A stretch of 64,000 nt of DNA from Octopus sinensis. Lineage: Eukaryota. This document shows, piece after piece, positions 11,776 through 25,552 of this stretch (position 1 is the first letter of the stretch; each line of letters opens with the position of its first letter). The DNA lies in contig NC_043007.1 of NCBI RefSeq assembly GCF_006345805.1, forward strand, positions 12,338,001 through 12,402,000, given 5' to 3'. The notes beneath the pieces are model-generated. The model was not told where the DNA came from. It ran no database searches and was given only the letters and a program-made list of their open reading frames with translations. A program made the position numbers and the translations under genes.

Positions 11776-12429
11776 ACTGTGGAAAGCAGTTTTATTTACC
11801 AATTTTATCTTCTGTTGAGAGAATGCCAGATTTGGAACTATTTGTTCTAGAGATATGCCAAATTTACTGCAGCAACGTGACTTGCAGAAAATTCCAGTTC
11901 TATTTTTTGGTAGATACTTAACATCATTACTGGAATAACCATGGAATTTAATTTTATATTTAAAGAGTTAACTGAAGTGAAGATGGTTTATTTCAACAGA
12001 AATTTCACGAGAAAAGGTTACTGCACTTCATACCACATCAGAATACCGAGACCACACAGGAGATGTTGCTAGACTGAACGAAGCATTTCTTATTTACATC
12101 ATGATAAACAAACCAACAAGGGAACCACTACGTGGCCACTGGAAATGCTAGAAGTAGCAGATAAATTCATAAATCTATATCAAATCACACCCTACTGTTT
12201 TCAAAAAGGAGGACACGTTTGACAATAAAAACCTGATGTGGCACAATGCCAGACAGTTGAAGGGATGGCCATGGCTGGGATGCTTGTGATCATGGACAAC
12301 CCAGAGAAAACAAAGCCATGCGAACAACAACATCAAGATAGAACTAGACTAATGTTAAGATTAGCTTATATATTTGAGGACTCCTTTTAAATCTATAACT
12401 AACGTTGCTAAGCAACATTGTTGACCTTT

Positions 12430-12462
12430 ATTTAGATATATATATGTATATGTGAGTGTAAG

Positions 12463-12500
<38 letters not shown>

Positions 12501-12531
12501 AAGATGTATACACACACACACACACACACAT

Positions 12532-12588
<57 letters not shown>

Positions 12589-12591
12589 TGC

Positions 12592-12630
<39 letters not shown>

Positions 12631-12704
12631 GCATGCGTATGTATATATATATATATATATATATGCATGCGTATATATATATATATATATATATATATGC
12701 ATGC

Positions 12705-12775
<71 letters not shown>

Positions 12776-12802
12776 TGCATATATATATATGCATATATAT
12801 AT

Positions 12803-12837
<35 letters not shown>

Positions 12838-12845
12838 AATGTATG
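12430..12845. repeat. Compound (TA)n/(GA)n/(CA)n microsatellite
   Basis: Direct inspection. Confidence 0.95.
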
Positions 12846-13169
12846 CATGTATTTAGTTATAAATGATTTTTAAACTAAATAATCTATGAAACCTTGAGGA
12901 TTAAAGATTAACTAAGTATTCGTGACTTATGTCAAGCTGCACATAATGAGACAAACGAAATCTAGAGTAAGCTTGAAATAATTACTGCAGCATAATGGGA
13001 ATAAGTAAACCTCTTTCAAGACAACAAAAACAATTCAGTTTTTTTTTGTTTTTTGTTTTTTTTCTAATCCAGTAAACAAACAAAAGAAAAAAAACCAATT
13101 TATCCTAGAATGGGATAATTACAAAGTTAATTTAGGGGAGTCTAAGGACTGGTTCGACAGATACAGCAA

Positions 13170-13547
13170 GGAGGCGAAATGGTCCAGTGGTTAGGGCAGT
13201 GGACTCGCAGTCGGAGGATCGCGGTTTCGATTCCCAGACTGGGCGTTGTGTGTGTTTATTAAGCGAAAACACCTAAAGCTCCACGAGGCTCCAGCAGGGG
13301 GGTGGGGGTGGTGACACCCTGTTGTACTCTTTCGCTCCAACTTTCTCTCACTCTTTCTTCCTGTTTCTTGTCCCCGACTTCCTATGCAACCGCTGAGCCT
13401 GGATGCGCATTCATCCATCCATCGGTGTCGGAGGTTGAACTGCTTTCTCTTCTGCGGGTCTTACGAATAGCAAAGGACCACGTTTCAGACTTCTTCCCCC
13501 CCCCCTGGAATGAAGGACGCTTCGCTCAACAAACAAACAAACAAATG
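13170..13547 (+). mobile_element. Full-length SINE family D with (CAAA)n tail and 10-bp TSD
   Basis: TSD GATACAGCAA at 13160-13169 and 13548-13557; tRNA-like head GGAGGCGAAATGGTCCAGTGGTTAGGGC...GGTTTCGATTCCC. Confidence 0.9.
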
Positions 13548-15350
13548 GATACAGCAAATTGACATAGTTTAGGAGTTCAGACATTGGGTATAGAAGGCAT
13601 GGCTATCATCATCATCATCATCATTATCATCCAGGGTTTTAAATCTGAGTTTTGCCCCCCATTAACGGTAGTGACAAGATCTACCTCAATGCCATAGCAA
13701 CCAAGGCAGGCAGTGCAGCCCACCCCAACCTTTGGGCTGGCTGGTGCCTATTCTCCCTTGCTATCATGTGTCTTTTTGGGAGCTGGATTTTCTACAGGGA
13801 GCATGCCCTTGCTTATCCCCAACCTCATTTTCTAGACATGAGCGGTCTCAAGACCAAGGCCTCTACCATAATTTTTAAATGTAGTGGAAAACTAGCTCAG
13901 AAAGGCAGGGACACTACTCCCTGAGACCCGTACCCCTTTCAGAGCCCCCCTACCTATGTGTTTAAGAAATTCGTTTTTCACTATTATAAGGTTTTAGAGT
14001 AAAGATTATTAGCCAACATAACATGGCAGTCCTGGTTTAGGACGAATGTTGCTGTAATTTAGCTCCAGGAGACATCATCTCCAGCTGGCTATAATCTTTA
14101 CTCCAAAGTACTGTTGGTGAATATCTCTCGTTGTGAGATTTACAAATAGTAATTTTATAAGGTTTTAGGTGTGAACTTAATATGTGGTACCTTAAGCACA
14201 TGTTGTCTTCCATTGTCTTGGGTCAACCAAAGTCTTGTGAATTTAACCGAAACAAAGGCAGTGCATTTTAACAGAAATGAGATGACAGGACTGAGACATG
14301 TTGTGCATTGTTCTGGGGTCAATTTGTTAGACTAAAATTCTCCTAGGTGGTGCCCCGGCATGGCCACAGTCTAATGACTGAAACAAGTAAAAGATAAAAG
14401 ATAAATATATTACACTGAATATATACAACTCTGAACTCAAGAGCATAAAGTTCTCACAGGTTCAATTCCTGGGTTGAGCAGAGTATAGAAATCTTGAGCA
14501 AGGCAGGCCATTTCACATTACCATAGTCTACTAAAATGAAACTTAGTATGAGCCAAGAGCTGGTAGAGCTCTCCAGCTGTCACATCTTTAAACTCCCACT
14601 TGGTCAAAAGCAGTTGAGAGGGCTTGTCGAGAGGTTTGGTTGAGAAGGCTTAGCCTAGAGGGCTTGGCCATGAGGGCCTGTCTGCTTCAGACAACTAACT
14701 ACATTAATCACCTAACACCTAAAACAATTACCAAAAGCATGGTACATACTGTCACATCATACACACTTGTGAGTGGCAGCTACTACTACTACTACTACTA
14801 CTAGTAGTAGTAGTAGTAGTAGTAGTAGTAATTTTCCCTACATTATTTCTCAAAGAAACCACACTAGAAAGAAAGTAGGGTACTAACATCTTTAATGCAG
14901 TGAACCAAGATATTATAATTAATTAAAACTACTTTCTGAACTGCGTTCAGGCATGGCTATGAGGTTAAAAAGCTTGCTTTACAACCACGAGGTTACGGTT
15001 ACAAGTTTCAGTCCCACTGTGCAGCACATTGGACAAGTGTCTTCTACTGTGGACCCTGGGCCTAACCCATGCTAGCATGGAAAATGGATGTTAAACGATG
15101 ATGATGATGATGATGGAACTGTATGGAAGTGTAAGACCAACTCTGTGGAAGTACAAGGCCTGAAATTTTGCAGAGATGAGGCTAGTCGACTGCACCAACC
15201 TCAGTGGATAACTGGTACTTAATTTCTTGACCTCGAAAGGATGAAGAACACAATCAACCTTGGTGGAATTTGAACACAGAACGTAAAGACAAATGAAATG
15301 CCAATAAGCATTTGGTCTAGCGTGCTAACAATTCTGCCAGCTAGCCACCT

Positions 15351-15400
<50 letters not shown>

Positions 15401-15431
15401 TAATAATAATAATTATAATTATAATAATAGA

Positions 15432-16008
15432 TTCCCTGATGGTGCTCATGGCTTCTGATCTTAACTGATTGGAAGTGTTATCATGTACATTATTTTGTCT
15501 TAGTGTAAAGGATGGACTACAGCAAATAATCTGCTCAATACCACAGATTTGCTTGTCAATACCACAGAGCTGCTTGACCATAACTAGTTGAGCAAGTCCC
15601 TTACTGGCTGACGATATGTGCATCTCTGATCACAAGAAGAAGTAGTGGGGGAGCATTATAGCCGTGTGTTGAGAGGAATTCTTTGGGGGTTTAGATAATT
15701 CACCTTTGGAAACATGGGTGCTTCGTTCAACATCCTTAAACAACCCTTATTCAGGGACCTTTTGAGCGGGATGGGCTACTCGACCAGAAGAAAATTCTTA
15801 CAGAGCCCCACCTGCAAGGTTATGTGCTATTTATCATAATATGAGATCACCATGTCACACACATATGGTTGTGATGCATGTGCCTGGTGTACCCTTATCA
15901 GACGGGTAGTCAATATGGGTATACTGGGCTTCGTATATTTTACCCCAGTGTCACTTTGATGGCATGCATTGCTCTCTCACTCAATAATAATAATAATAAT
16001 AATAATAA
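15432..16008 (+). mobile_element. About 570-bp SINE-like repeat (family F) with (AAT)n tail
   Basis: Higher-complexity body ending CACTCAATAATAATAAT, which resembles a common octopus repeat from memory. Single copy here; family not verified. Confidence 0.5.
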
Positions 16009-16329
16009 TACGCTAATATTTCCAAAGCACAGAATTTTTTTGATTTAAGAGAGCCAAGCCTACTGAGAGTTTGTAGCATAGTTTGCAGTAGTCGGTGATT
16101 ATTAATTCCATCCCAGAATTTTCTTATCTGCCTGTATTGTAGGTAATGTAGGAAAAGAGTACTTAGAGCAAAGTGGCTGAATTTATAATGAAGAGAGACG
16201 CACAGGCAGAGGAAGAGATAGAGAGGGATTAGAGAAATTATGATCTTATTAATGACAAAGAAATCCCCACTTTTCTTATTCAAAAGTGGTGCCATGCGCC
16301 ACTTGAGAAATGACTGACATGATAACTAC

Positions 16330-16367
16330 TACATACATACATATATATATGTATATATATATATATA

Positions 16368-16411
<44 letters not shown>

Positions 16412-16425
16412 ATATATATATATAG

Positions 16426-16461
<36 letters not shown>

Positions 16462-16500
16462 GTATATATATAATATATATATATATATGTATATGTATGT

Positions 16501-16557
<57 letters not shown>

Positions 16558-16689
16558 GTATATATATATATATGTATATGTATGTATGTATATATAATAT
16601 ATATATATATATATATGTATATGTGTGTGTGTGTATATATATATATATGTATATGTATGTATATATAAATATAAATATATATATATATA

Positions 16690-16748
<59 letters not shown>

Positions 16749-16891
16749 GTATATATAAATATAAATATATATATATATGTATGTGTGTGTATATATATAT
16801 ATATGTATATGTATGTATGTATATAAAATTAAATATATATATATATATGTGTGTGTGTGTATATATATATATATGTATGTATATATAATAT

Positions 16892-16951
<60 letters not shown>

Positions 16952-17091
16952 ATACATATGTATATACATGCACACACACCAAGTGAATTTGCGTAACTGT
17001 ATACAACAATCAGACACCAGTAAATATAAGTAGAATACACATCCAATGTAATTCCTCATGTATGCATACATATATATGTATATATATATAT

Positions 17092-17130
<39 letters not shown>
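16330..17130. repeat. Long compound (TA)n/(TG)n microsatellite
   Basis: Direct inspection; source of many spurious YI/HT ORFs. Confidence 0.95.
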
Positions 17131-18181
17131 AACATATCATCGCCATCACATTCATCATCATCATCATCATCATCATTTAATGTCTGTTATCCTTGCTGGC
17201 ATAAGTTGGACGGTTCGACAGGAGCTGACCCGCTGAAGGGCTGTTTAGGTTCCATATCTGTTTTGGCAAGGTTTCTACAGCTGGATGCCCTTCTAATGCC
17301 AACCACTTTACAGAGTGTACTGGCTGCTTTTTACACAGCACCAGCACCCATGAGCCTGCAAGATTAGGGATGCTCAACTGGAGAGGGGTTACAGGGTACA
17401 AGCCTGTATGCAAGGGCAACCACGCTTTCAAATTGCCAGGAGTCTTGCTCTCCTCTCATCATCTCTGTGAGTCTCAACATCTGTAGATCCTCTCTCACCA
17501 CTTCGTCCTCTGTCTTCCCGGGTTTATGATGAGCTAAATGACATATACAATAAATTGTTGGTTAATTAAAATCTTACATCTTAATTAAAGAGACAAAGCA
17601 AAAAACTTAGACTTAGTCCACTGCCAAGCTTAACATCACCACTTGGTCCTTGGATATCTTTAATATAGTTCACTCTGTTACAAGCAATTAGACCACTCAG
17701 ACTAGGTCTCTGGTTTAAAGATAATTTCATAACTTCCCCCTATTAGTCTTAGAGATCCTGAAAAAAAATAAAGAGTTAAGGGCACTGCCCTTTCTTCCTT
17801 AAATAATCAGTATAAAATAAAAAACATGTTAAGAAGAAAAATCTGATTTTTGTTTGCAGAAAAGGGAGACAATTATCAACATGTTCCAACATTATTAGAC
17901 ATCATCAACATACTCTATAGATATTTTAGCCAGTATAGTTTACATAATTAGAAATTAAAATTTGCTGAGGGAAATAATTCGATTGAGCATGTTACATGAA
18001 TTGTTGTAGCACCTTGAGAAAGTGTTTTCTACCAAAGCCTTAGGAGTTAATTTGATGGAGGAAACAGTACAAAACCTATTATATATATGTATGTATGAAT
18101 GAATGAATGTTTGTATGCATGTGTGTGAATGCATGTACACATGTATGTATGTATGTATGTATGTATGTATGTATGTCTGTC

Positions 18182-18225
<44 letters not shown>

Positions 18226-18232
18226 CATGCGC

Positions 18233-18266
<34 letters not shown>

Positions 18267-18270
<4 letters not shown>

Positions 18271-18483
18271 AAGAAGTAATTTCTACTCTTCTCCTCTGGA
18301 AGCCATCTACTCGCAATACCAGAGGGCGCACACTCTCCTACCCTGATGTAATCTCCAGGGATACAGGCATCCAGCAACAGGACCTCCGTAATGCTATGAT
18401 GGACCGTGAAGTCTGGCGTAACATAGTAAATTCCATTGTCTCGACCACGGTCGAACAATGATGATGATGATGATGATGATGAT
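18267..18483 (+). mobile_element. RTE-clade LINE, 3' end of ORF2 with (GAT)n tail
   Basis: Translates EKEVISTLLLWKPSTRNTRGRTLSYPDVISRDTGIQQQDLRNAMMDREVWRNIV, the typical RTE C-terminal LLW.P..RGR / AM.DR..WR motif. Second copy at 24434-24623. Confidence 0.8.
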
Positions 18484-20170
18484 GTGTACCCAAGGCAAGA
18501 TTTTAAACTGCATCTGGTAGTGGGGCTTTGGTTCAGCTGCTGCATGGTTTTGAGGAATGTGGAATCATGTCTTAGCTACTATTATTCTTGGGTCTACAGT
18601 GACCCAGATTAACAGCACCTGTCAGAGCCATAGTTATGAGCTACTTTCCGTATCTAATGCCAAACATCTAAGTACAGGCAGAAATACATTTGGTTAGTCT
18701 CAGGGCACACAGTAAAACTAGTGGGACTAAAAGACCCTTAGCTGTTGTCACAGTAGCCTTCACTCTGATGTAAAACCTGTGGCTTCATGTGCTAACTGGT
18801 CATTTTGCTTCAGCCAATCTCTAAGGACTAATCACAGGGACTCAGTGAGTGGCACTCATGTTGTACAAGTGTTTATCACTATAATCCAATGATGTACAGA
18901 TGTTTTTTAGGGTGACCCCATTTGTTGCTCCAGCTACTGAAAAGCCCACAAGAAAGGAAGAGTGGTAACATAGATGTGTAGATTTAACCAGTTGGAAGTG
19001 CACAGTAGGTTGCAACTTTTGCCTGTCACCCATAATTTAAACCATGCAGATTTGCAATGGACTGAAATAGTCAGCTGAGAAGTCATGGCCGGAAAGTCAA
19101 AAATATTATCGACAACAAAAAAAAAAAGGAGATGGCAATCATCCGTGAATATAGAGCAATCAACATGTGTGTGTGTTTGTGTGTGTGTGTGTCTGTCTGT
19201 CTGTCTGTCTGTTTGTCTTTTTGAATGTTTACATTCTACACTGAGCTAAGCTATGACTGGTGTTGTTTGTTGACATTTCCTAATCAACAAACCACCCTCA
19301 GTAGCTCTGCTGCTTTTGAAGATAAGTGGAATGAAAACACCCTTACTTGAAAAACAGGTAGGGACGAACAACACAAAGGAGATCTGGCTGTAAGATAATC
19401 CTGCAATAATGAGTATTCACCTGAACCATGCCGGCATGAGAAAACAAAAGTAAAGCAGATGAAGAAACGAATGGAGAAACAAACAACTTAAAAGACGAAT
19501 GTATTGGATGATGACATACACAGAATATTCTCAATGAAATGAAATTTTCCTCTAAATTAGAGCGAAGAACGTAGAATTTATTGTGAACAGCTCTCAAAGA
19601 AAACATGGAGAGTCAGGAGGGGGGGGGTGATATCTCTTTTTTTTTTTTTTTTATCAAGAAATTAAAAATTAATTTTTCACTATAAAGAGATAATTGAGGG
19701 CATTCAAAAGAAAGGGTGCAAAAAAAAAAAACCCTCAAAACGGACGAAATAATTAATATTACGATAGGAGGCAACATCACAAACGTAACTGACTTTAGTT
19801 ACTCGAGTGAAATGAAGGTTAAAATGTAGGTGACAGGCATGATGAAGACGGAGGTGCAGGAAGGGGGCGGGGAGGAAAAGGTGGAGGAGAAGAAGAGGGG
19901 GTAAGAAGGAAGAGGAAGGAGGAAGGGTGATGAAAATGACGACAATTATCATGATGATGATGATAACAAAAGAGAAGTGCGAGGGAAAAAAATTGAGATG
20001 ATAAAATGATAAATAGCTCACAGCATTGCAGATAATGCATTATAAAAGTGATGAAAAATAAACAGCCTGAGTGTGTATATATAAATATACATACATATAT
20101 ATATATATATAGATATATATATATATATATATATTCATTTATTTATTTATTTTAATAGGCAGATACATAC

Positions 20171-20201
<31 letters not shown>

Positions 20202-21056
20202 TGTATGTATGTATGTATGTATGTATGTGTGTGTGTATGTATGTATGTATTTAAACAGCCATATACATATGGATATATATACATATGTATGTATGTATGT
20301 GTGTATGGATATATATACATATGTGTGTGTGTGTATATGTATGTATTATATAACATACACATATATATATATATATATAAATTTTTAAGGAAAATTAATA
20401 TCCAAAATAAATATTTCATTTAAATATTAAGATAAAATAAAAAAAGGGGGAGTAAAAAAAAAATGGAAAATTATTCAATTTATAAATAATATCCTTTCAG
20501 AAAATCTTCGCAGTAAATAAAGCCATATAAAATGTAAAAAAAAAAAAAAGGGTGATAACAAAAAGATAAAAATAAAATCAACAAAAACTTAATACAAAAA
20601 TAAACAAATTTGTTAAGTTGCCAAATGCGTTGCAGGCAATATTTGATTTCTTTATCATAAAATAACGGTAGACTGCATTAATATTCTGTGAAAAAAAAAA
20701 GTATTGGGCTTTTTTGTTTGTTTGCTGGTGTTTTTTCTTTAAGGTGTTTCCTAAAAAAATAGTAAATTTGTTAGAACTAGTAAATGTACGAAAGCAGAAT
20801 AATACTGAGAAAAAAATGGTAAAATGTATATAATAAGGTTTGTATTAGAAAACTGAACTTACAGGCTGAGGCATAAATAAGTAGAGCTGTGTGGTTAAAG
20901 AGCTTAGCTTTGTAATTCCATGGTTTCAAGTTTGATGGTATTGCATAATACCTTGGACAAGTGCCTTCCACTAAAGCCTCAGTCATCAATGTTTATCTAT
21001 CTATCTACCTACCTATCTATCTATCTATTTATCTATCTAAAAAAAAAAAAAAAAGA

Positions 21057-21125
21057 AATATAACATGTGACTCCATAATATAACATGTGACCGAGACCAA
21101 GAAATATAACATGTGACCGAGGTTA
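21057..21125. repeat. Three copies of 15-bp AATATAACATGTGAC at the end of an unclassified repeat
   Basis: Direct repeats visible at about 21058, 21083 and 21108. Confidence 0.7.
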
Positions 21126-21419
21126 CCGTGGTCTTTTCCGTAGGCTTTTCTTTCCACGGGTAAACCTCACCTGTCCTCCCCTTTACACTTCATATTGACA
21201 TTTCTGTGATAACGATCCCTATTGATCAAATTTTTTTTTTTTCTCCTCTCCCCCTTTTTTTTTAACCCCCCTTTTTTGTCCTCTTTCTCTCCTTTTACAA
21301 TCCCTTTTGATCGAAACTCCCCCTTCCTTTTTTCCTTTTTTTTTTTTAAACCTTCAAAAGAAAAGCTCTACCTTGTAATTTGTTCTATCTGTGTGCAGCC
21401 CTGTGTGGCTAATAAAGAA

Positions 21420-21716
21420 ACATATCTATTTATCTATCTATCATCTATCTCCATCTTATCTATCTATTTATCTATGTTAATATGTATGAGTGTCTACCTA
21501 TCTACCTACTTACCTATCTATCTATCTATCTATCTATCTCTATCTATCTATCTATATATCTATCTATCTATCTATATATTTATCTTAATATATATGACTG
21601 TCTATCTATCCACCTATCTATTTGTCTATCTATCAATATGCCTATCTATCTATCTATCTATCTATCTCTGTCTGCCTGGCTATCTGTCTGTCTGCCCGTG
21701 TGTCTATCAATGTGCA

Positions 21717-21796
<80 letters not shown>

Positions 21797-21878
21797 CATT
21801 TATCTGTGTCTGTGTGACTGTCTATCTATCTATTGGTCTGTCTATCAATCTATATATCTATCTATCTATCTATCTCTA

Positions 21879-21917
<39 letters not shown>

Positions 21918-21975
21918 CTATCTATCTATCTATCTACCTGTCTATCTATCTACTTATCTATCTATCTGTCTATAA
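21420..21975. repeat. (CTAT)n tetranucleotide array with (CT)n
   Basis: Direct inspection. Confidence 0.95.
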
Positions 21976-22463
21976 GTGTGTGCATGTCTATGTGTGTGTA
22001 TATATATATATACTTCAAATATACAATCAAATACAACAAACCACTCCAAACCCTGTCAGAGTATCTGCGTAAGTGGAGTCTGGACTAATTCATACTGGAA
22101 TCAGGATGCATAAGCTCTAATAACAAACTCAAACCAAATAGCGATACTTTGAAGTCATCTAATCCACACATCTCATGTCTGTGTAATATTTCCCATCATA
22201 TATAGGCACAGGCATCGCTGTGTGGTAAGAAGCTTGCTTCCCAACCACATGGTTCCGGGTTCAGCTCCACTGTGTGGCACCTTGGGCAAGTGTCTTCTAC
22301 TATAGCCTCAGAATCATTAGCATGCCAGACAAAATTCTTAGCGATATTTCACCTGTCACATGGAACAAATAGGGGCTGCAATAAGGGTGGAGCACTTGCA
22401 GAAAACAACACTGCTTGGAACCGTTCGAATACTCCGGAAGGTGCTCGAAAAATAAGAGGTGCA

Positions 22464-23300
22464 GAATTTGAACTCAGAACATAGCAACGGGCGAAATACC
22501 TATTTCTTTACTGCCCACAAGGGGCCAAACACAGACGGGACAAACAAGGACAGACAAACGGATTAAGTCGATTATATCGATCCCAGTGCGTAACTGATAC
22601 TTATTTACTGGTAACTGGTACCCCGAAAAAATGAAAGGCAAAGTCGACCTCGGCAGAATTTGAACTCAGAACGTAGTGACAGAGGAAATACCTATTTCTT
22701 TACTACCCACAAGGGGCTAAACACTGAGGGGACAAACAAGGACAGACAAAGAGATTAAGTCGATTATATCGATCCCAGTGCATAACTGATACTTATTTAC
22801 TGGTAACTGGTACCCCGAAAAAATGAAAGGCAAAGTCGACCTCGGCAGAATTTGAACTCAGAACGTAGTGACAGAGGAAATACCTATTTCTTTACTACCC
22901 ACAAGGGGCTAAACACAGAGAGGACAAATAAGGACAGACAAACGGATTAAGTCGATTATATCGACCTTAGTGCGTAACTGGTACTTATTTAATCGACTCC
23001 GAAAGGATGAAAGGCAAAGTCGACCTCGGCAGAATTTGAACTCAGAACGTAAAGACAGAGGAAATACCTATTTCTTTACTACCCACAAAGGGCTAAACAC
23101 AGAGGGGACAAACAAGGACAGACAAATGTATTAAGTCGATTATATCGACCCCAGTGCGTAACTGGTACTTATTTAACCGACCCCGCAAGGATGAAAGGCA
23201 AAGTCGACCTCGATGGAATTTGAACTCAGAACGAAGCAGCAGACGAAATACTGCTAAGCATTTCGCCCGGCGTGCTAACGATTCTGCCAGCTTGCCACCA
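22464..23300 (-). mobile_element. Family E SINE tandem array (one head, four body units and a partial fifth)
   Basis: GAATTTGAACTCAGAAC at 22464, 22656, 22848, 23032 and 23216 (periods 192, 192, 184, 184); single head at about 23240-23300. Confidence 0.92.
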
Positions 23301-23365
23301 TAGAGCCTTTGCTAACATTGCTGGTGAAATTGTGTTACAAAACATTTCTACTACATATGTGTATG

Positions 23366-23747
23366 TGGAAGCACTCCGTCGGTTACGACGACGAGGGTTC
23401 CGGTTGATCCGATCAACGGAACAGCCTGCTCGTGAAATTAACGTGTAAGTGGCTGAGCACTCCACAGACACGTGTACCCTTAACGTAGTTCTCGGGGATA
23501 TTCAGCGTGACACAGAGAGTGACAAGGCCGGCCCTTTGAAATACAGGTACAACAGAAACAGGAAGTAAGAGTGAGAGAAAGTTGTGGTGAAAGAGTACAG
23601 CAGGGATCACCACCATCCCCTGCCGGAGCATCGTGGAGCTTTAGGTGTTTTCGCTCAATAAACACTCACAACGCCCGGTCTGGGAATCGAAACCGCGATC
23701 CTATGACCGCGAGTCCGCTGCCCTAACCACTGGGCCATTGCGCCTCC
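23366..23747 (-). mobile_element. Full-length SINE family D variant with 13-bp TSD
   Basis: TSD ACATATGTGTATG at 23353-23365 and 23748-23760; tRNA-like head at the right end; CpGs largely retained, suggesting a young copy. Confidence 0.9.
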
Positions 23748-24298
23748 ACATATGTGTATGCACTTCAGTCCTAACTAGCTCAGACTATCTCACCATTTTC
23801 TATACACCATCAGCTGTAAACATAAACAACATTGCCTAAACACCACCTACGTTTTATATACAATCTTGAAGCCCTACTTTGTATCTATGACAGACTCCCT
23901 TCTGTTACACCCAGAGAACTGCCAGTTGCCTTGATTCTGCAAGCTTATCAAACTTTTCACCAGTAAATAAAACCCTTTGTTCTCTCTGAAATACATTAAC
24001 TCTAGACTTTTCTGTCTGTTTACAAATTCTCCCTGCAGGGCCCGGACCAAGATTGTCATGAGAATTCTGCTCTTTGGGAAAAGGAATTACAGCTAAGTTA
24101 TTTTGGAGTTTACAATTAGAATTGCAGTATTATGAAAGAATTGTGTTCACGTGTGTGTGAATGAACTTGTCTGCGTACATGTGGGGTATGTGTGTGTGTT
24201 TCAGTGCATAAATGTATTTGTGTGCATGGCTATATAAGTATGCACATACACACATACATATATCTATACATGTATACATATATGTACATACATATACG

Positions 24299-24343
<45 letters not shown>

Positions 24344-24396
24344 CAGCTGTGTCTAATGCCCATCTTTCATGCTAGCATGGGGTGGATGGTTTAACA

Positions 24397-25070
24397 CAGT
24401 GGTTCCCAAACCTTTACGGGCTTTCGCCCCTTCTCATCATCATTGTTTGACCGTGGTCGAGACAGCGGAATTTACTATGTTATGCCAGACTTCACGGTCC
24501 ATCGTAGCATTAGAGGTCCTGTTGCTGGATGCCTGTATCGCTGGAGATTACATCAGGGTAGGAGAGTGTGTGCCCTCTGGTATCACGAGCAGATGGCTTC
24601 CAGAGGAGAAGAGTAGAAATTACATTGTTTTCAGCTCTACAACAAACTGGACTCTTCTACCTTTCACAAGAGATTATACAGGTGGTAATTTCCCATATAT
24701 TTGTACTTTGGTTGGATGACGCTTCCACGAGAGATTTTGAGCTCTCATAAAGAGGTGAGTGTAAGTTCCAACCGCTTCTCAACCTACCCCCATCTAACCA
24801 TCACAAACATAGACCTCTTTCTGTAGCAAATTCAAAGCAACTGCATTTCACAAATAAAACTTAACCTAATGAACCCATTATGTTGTTGTTTGGGTATTTG
24901 ACTCGAAATCCTAAGGTCACGAGTTCAATTCCTGGAAATAAAGTGTCTTGCTCAAGGACACAACACATCACCAGGAATTGAACTCATGACCTTACGATTG
25001 TGAGTCAACACCCTCTTGGACCTTTCCACCACCCTGAGGGTGGCAATACTGCCCAGTTTGGGAACCACTG
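24397..25070. mobile_element. hAT-type non-autonomous transposon with nested insertions
   Basis: 15-bp TIR CAGTGGTTCCCAAAC (24397-24411) / GTTTGGGAACCACTG (25056-25070); perfect 8-bp TSD GTTTAACA (24389-24396, 25071-25078). It splits a family C element. Confidence 0.92.
24434..24623 (-). mobile_element. RTE-clade LINE 3' fragment nested in the hAT element
   Basis: Reverse-complement homolog of 18267-18483 including the (GAT)n tail. Confidence 0.8.
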
Positions 25071-25552
25071 GTTTAACAGGATTCAACAAGCTGGAAGACT
25101 GTATCAAGCTCGGACATGTACTTTGGAATGATTTCTATGTCTGGACACCCTTCCTAACACCAACCACTTTACAAGGCACACTGGATATTTTTCCATGGCA
25201 CCAGCACTAATGAGGTCGCCAAGTAACTAGCAAGGCAAAGAAAACGTTCACCACTAAGTGGTAATGTAGTAGAGAGCGGGGTGGTATTATGGCAAGTGTT
25301 GTGAGAGAGAGAGAGAGAGAGACAAGCACAACAAGTGTCTTGCTGTGGAGCAGATATGTGGCTACCCTGCATTATATAAGAGTGGGTGCGAGTAGCAGGA
25401 AAGAAGACAATGATGGTGAAAATGATAGCAAAAGCATGCTTTACCCTTTTGTTACTGTATTTCTGTTTGAGATGCTCTGTGTTTCTTTCAATTAAATTTA
25501 AATCTAACAAAGAACTTAGTTATCATTAAGCTAGTGTTAGGAATATAAATTG

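Noticed and set aside
13170-13250. Possible tRNA genes (also about 140-226, 23680-23747, 40587-40660)
   Set aside because: A/B-box-like heads continue into SINE bodies with TSDs and lack a proper acceptor stem.
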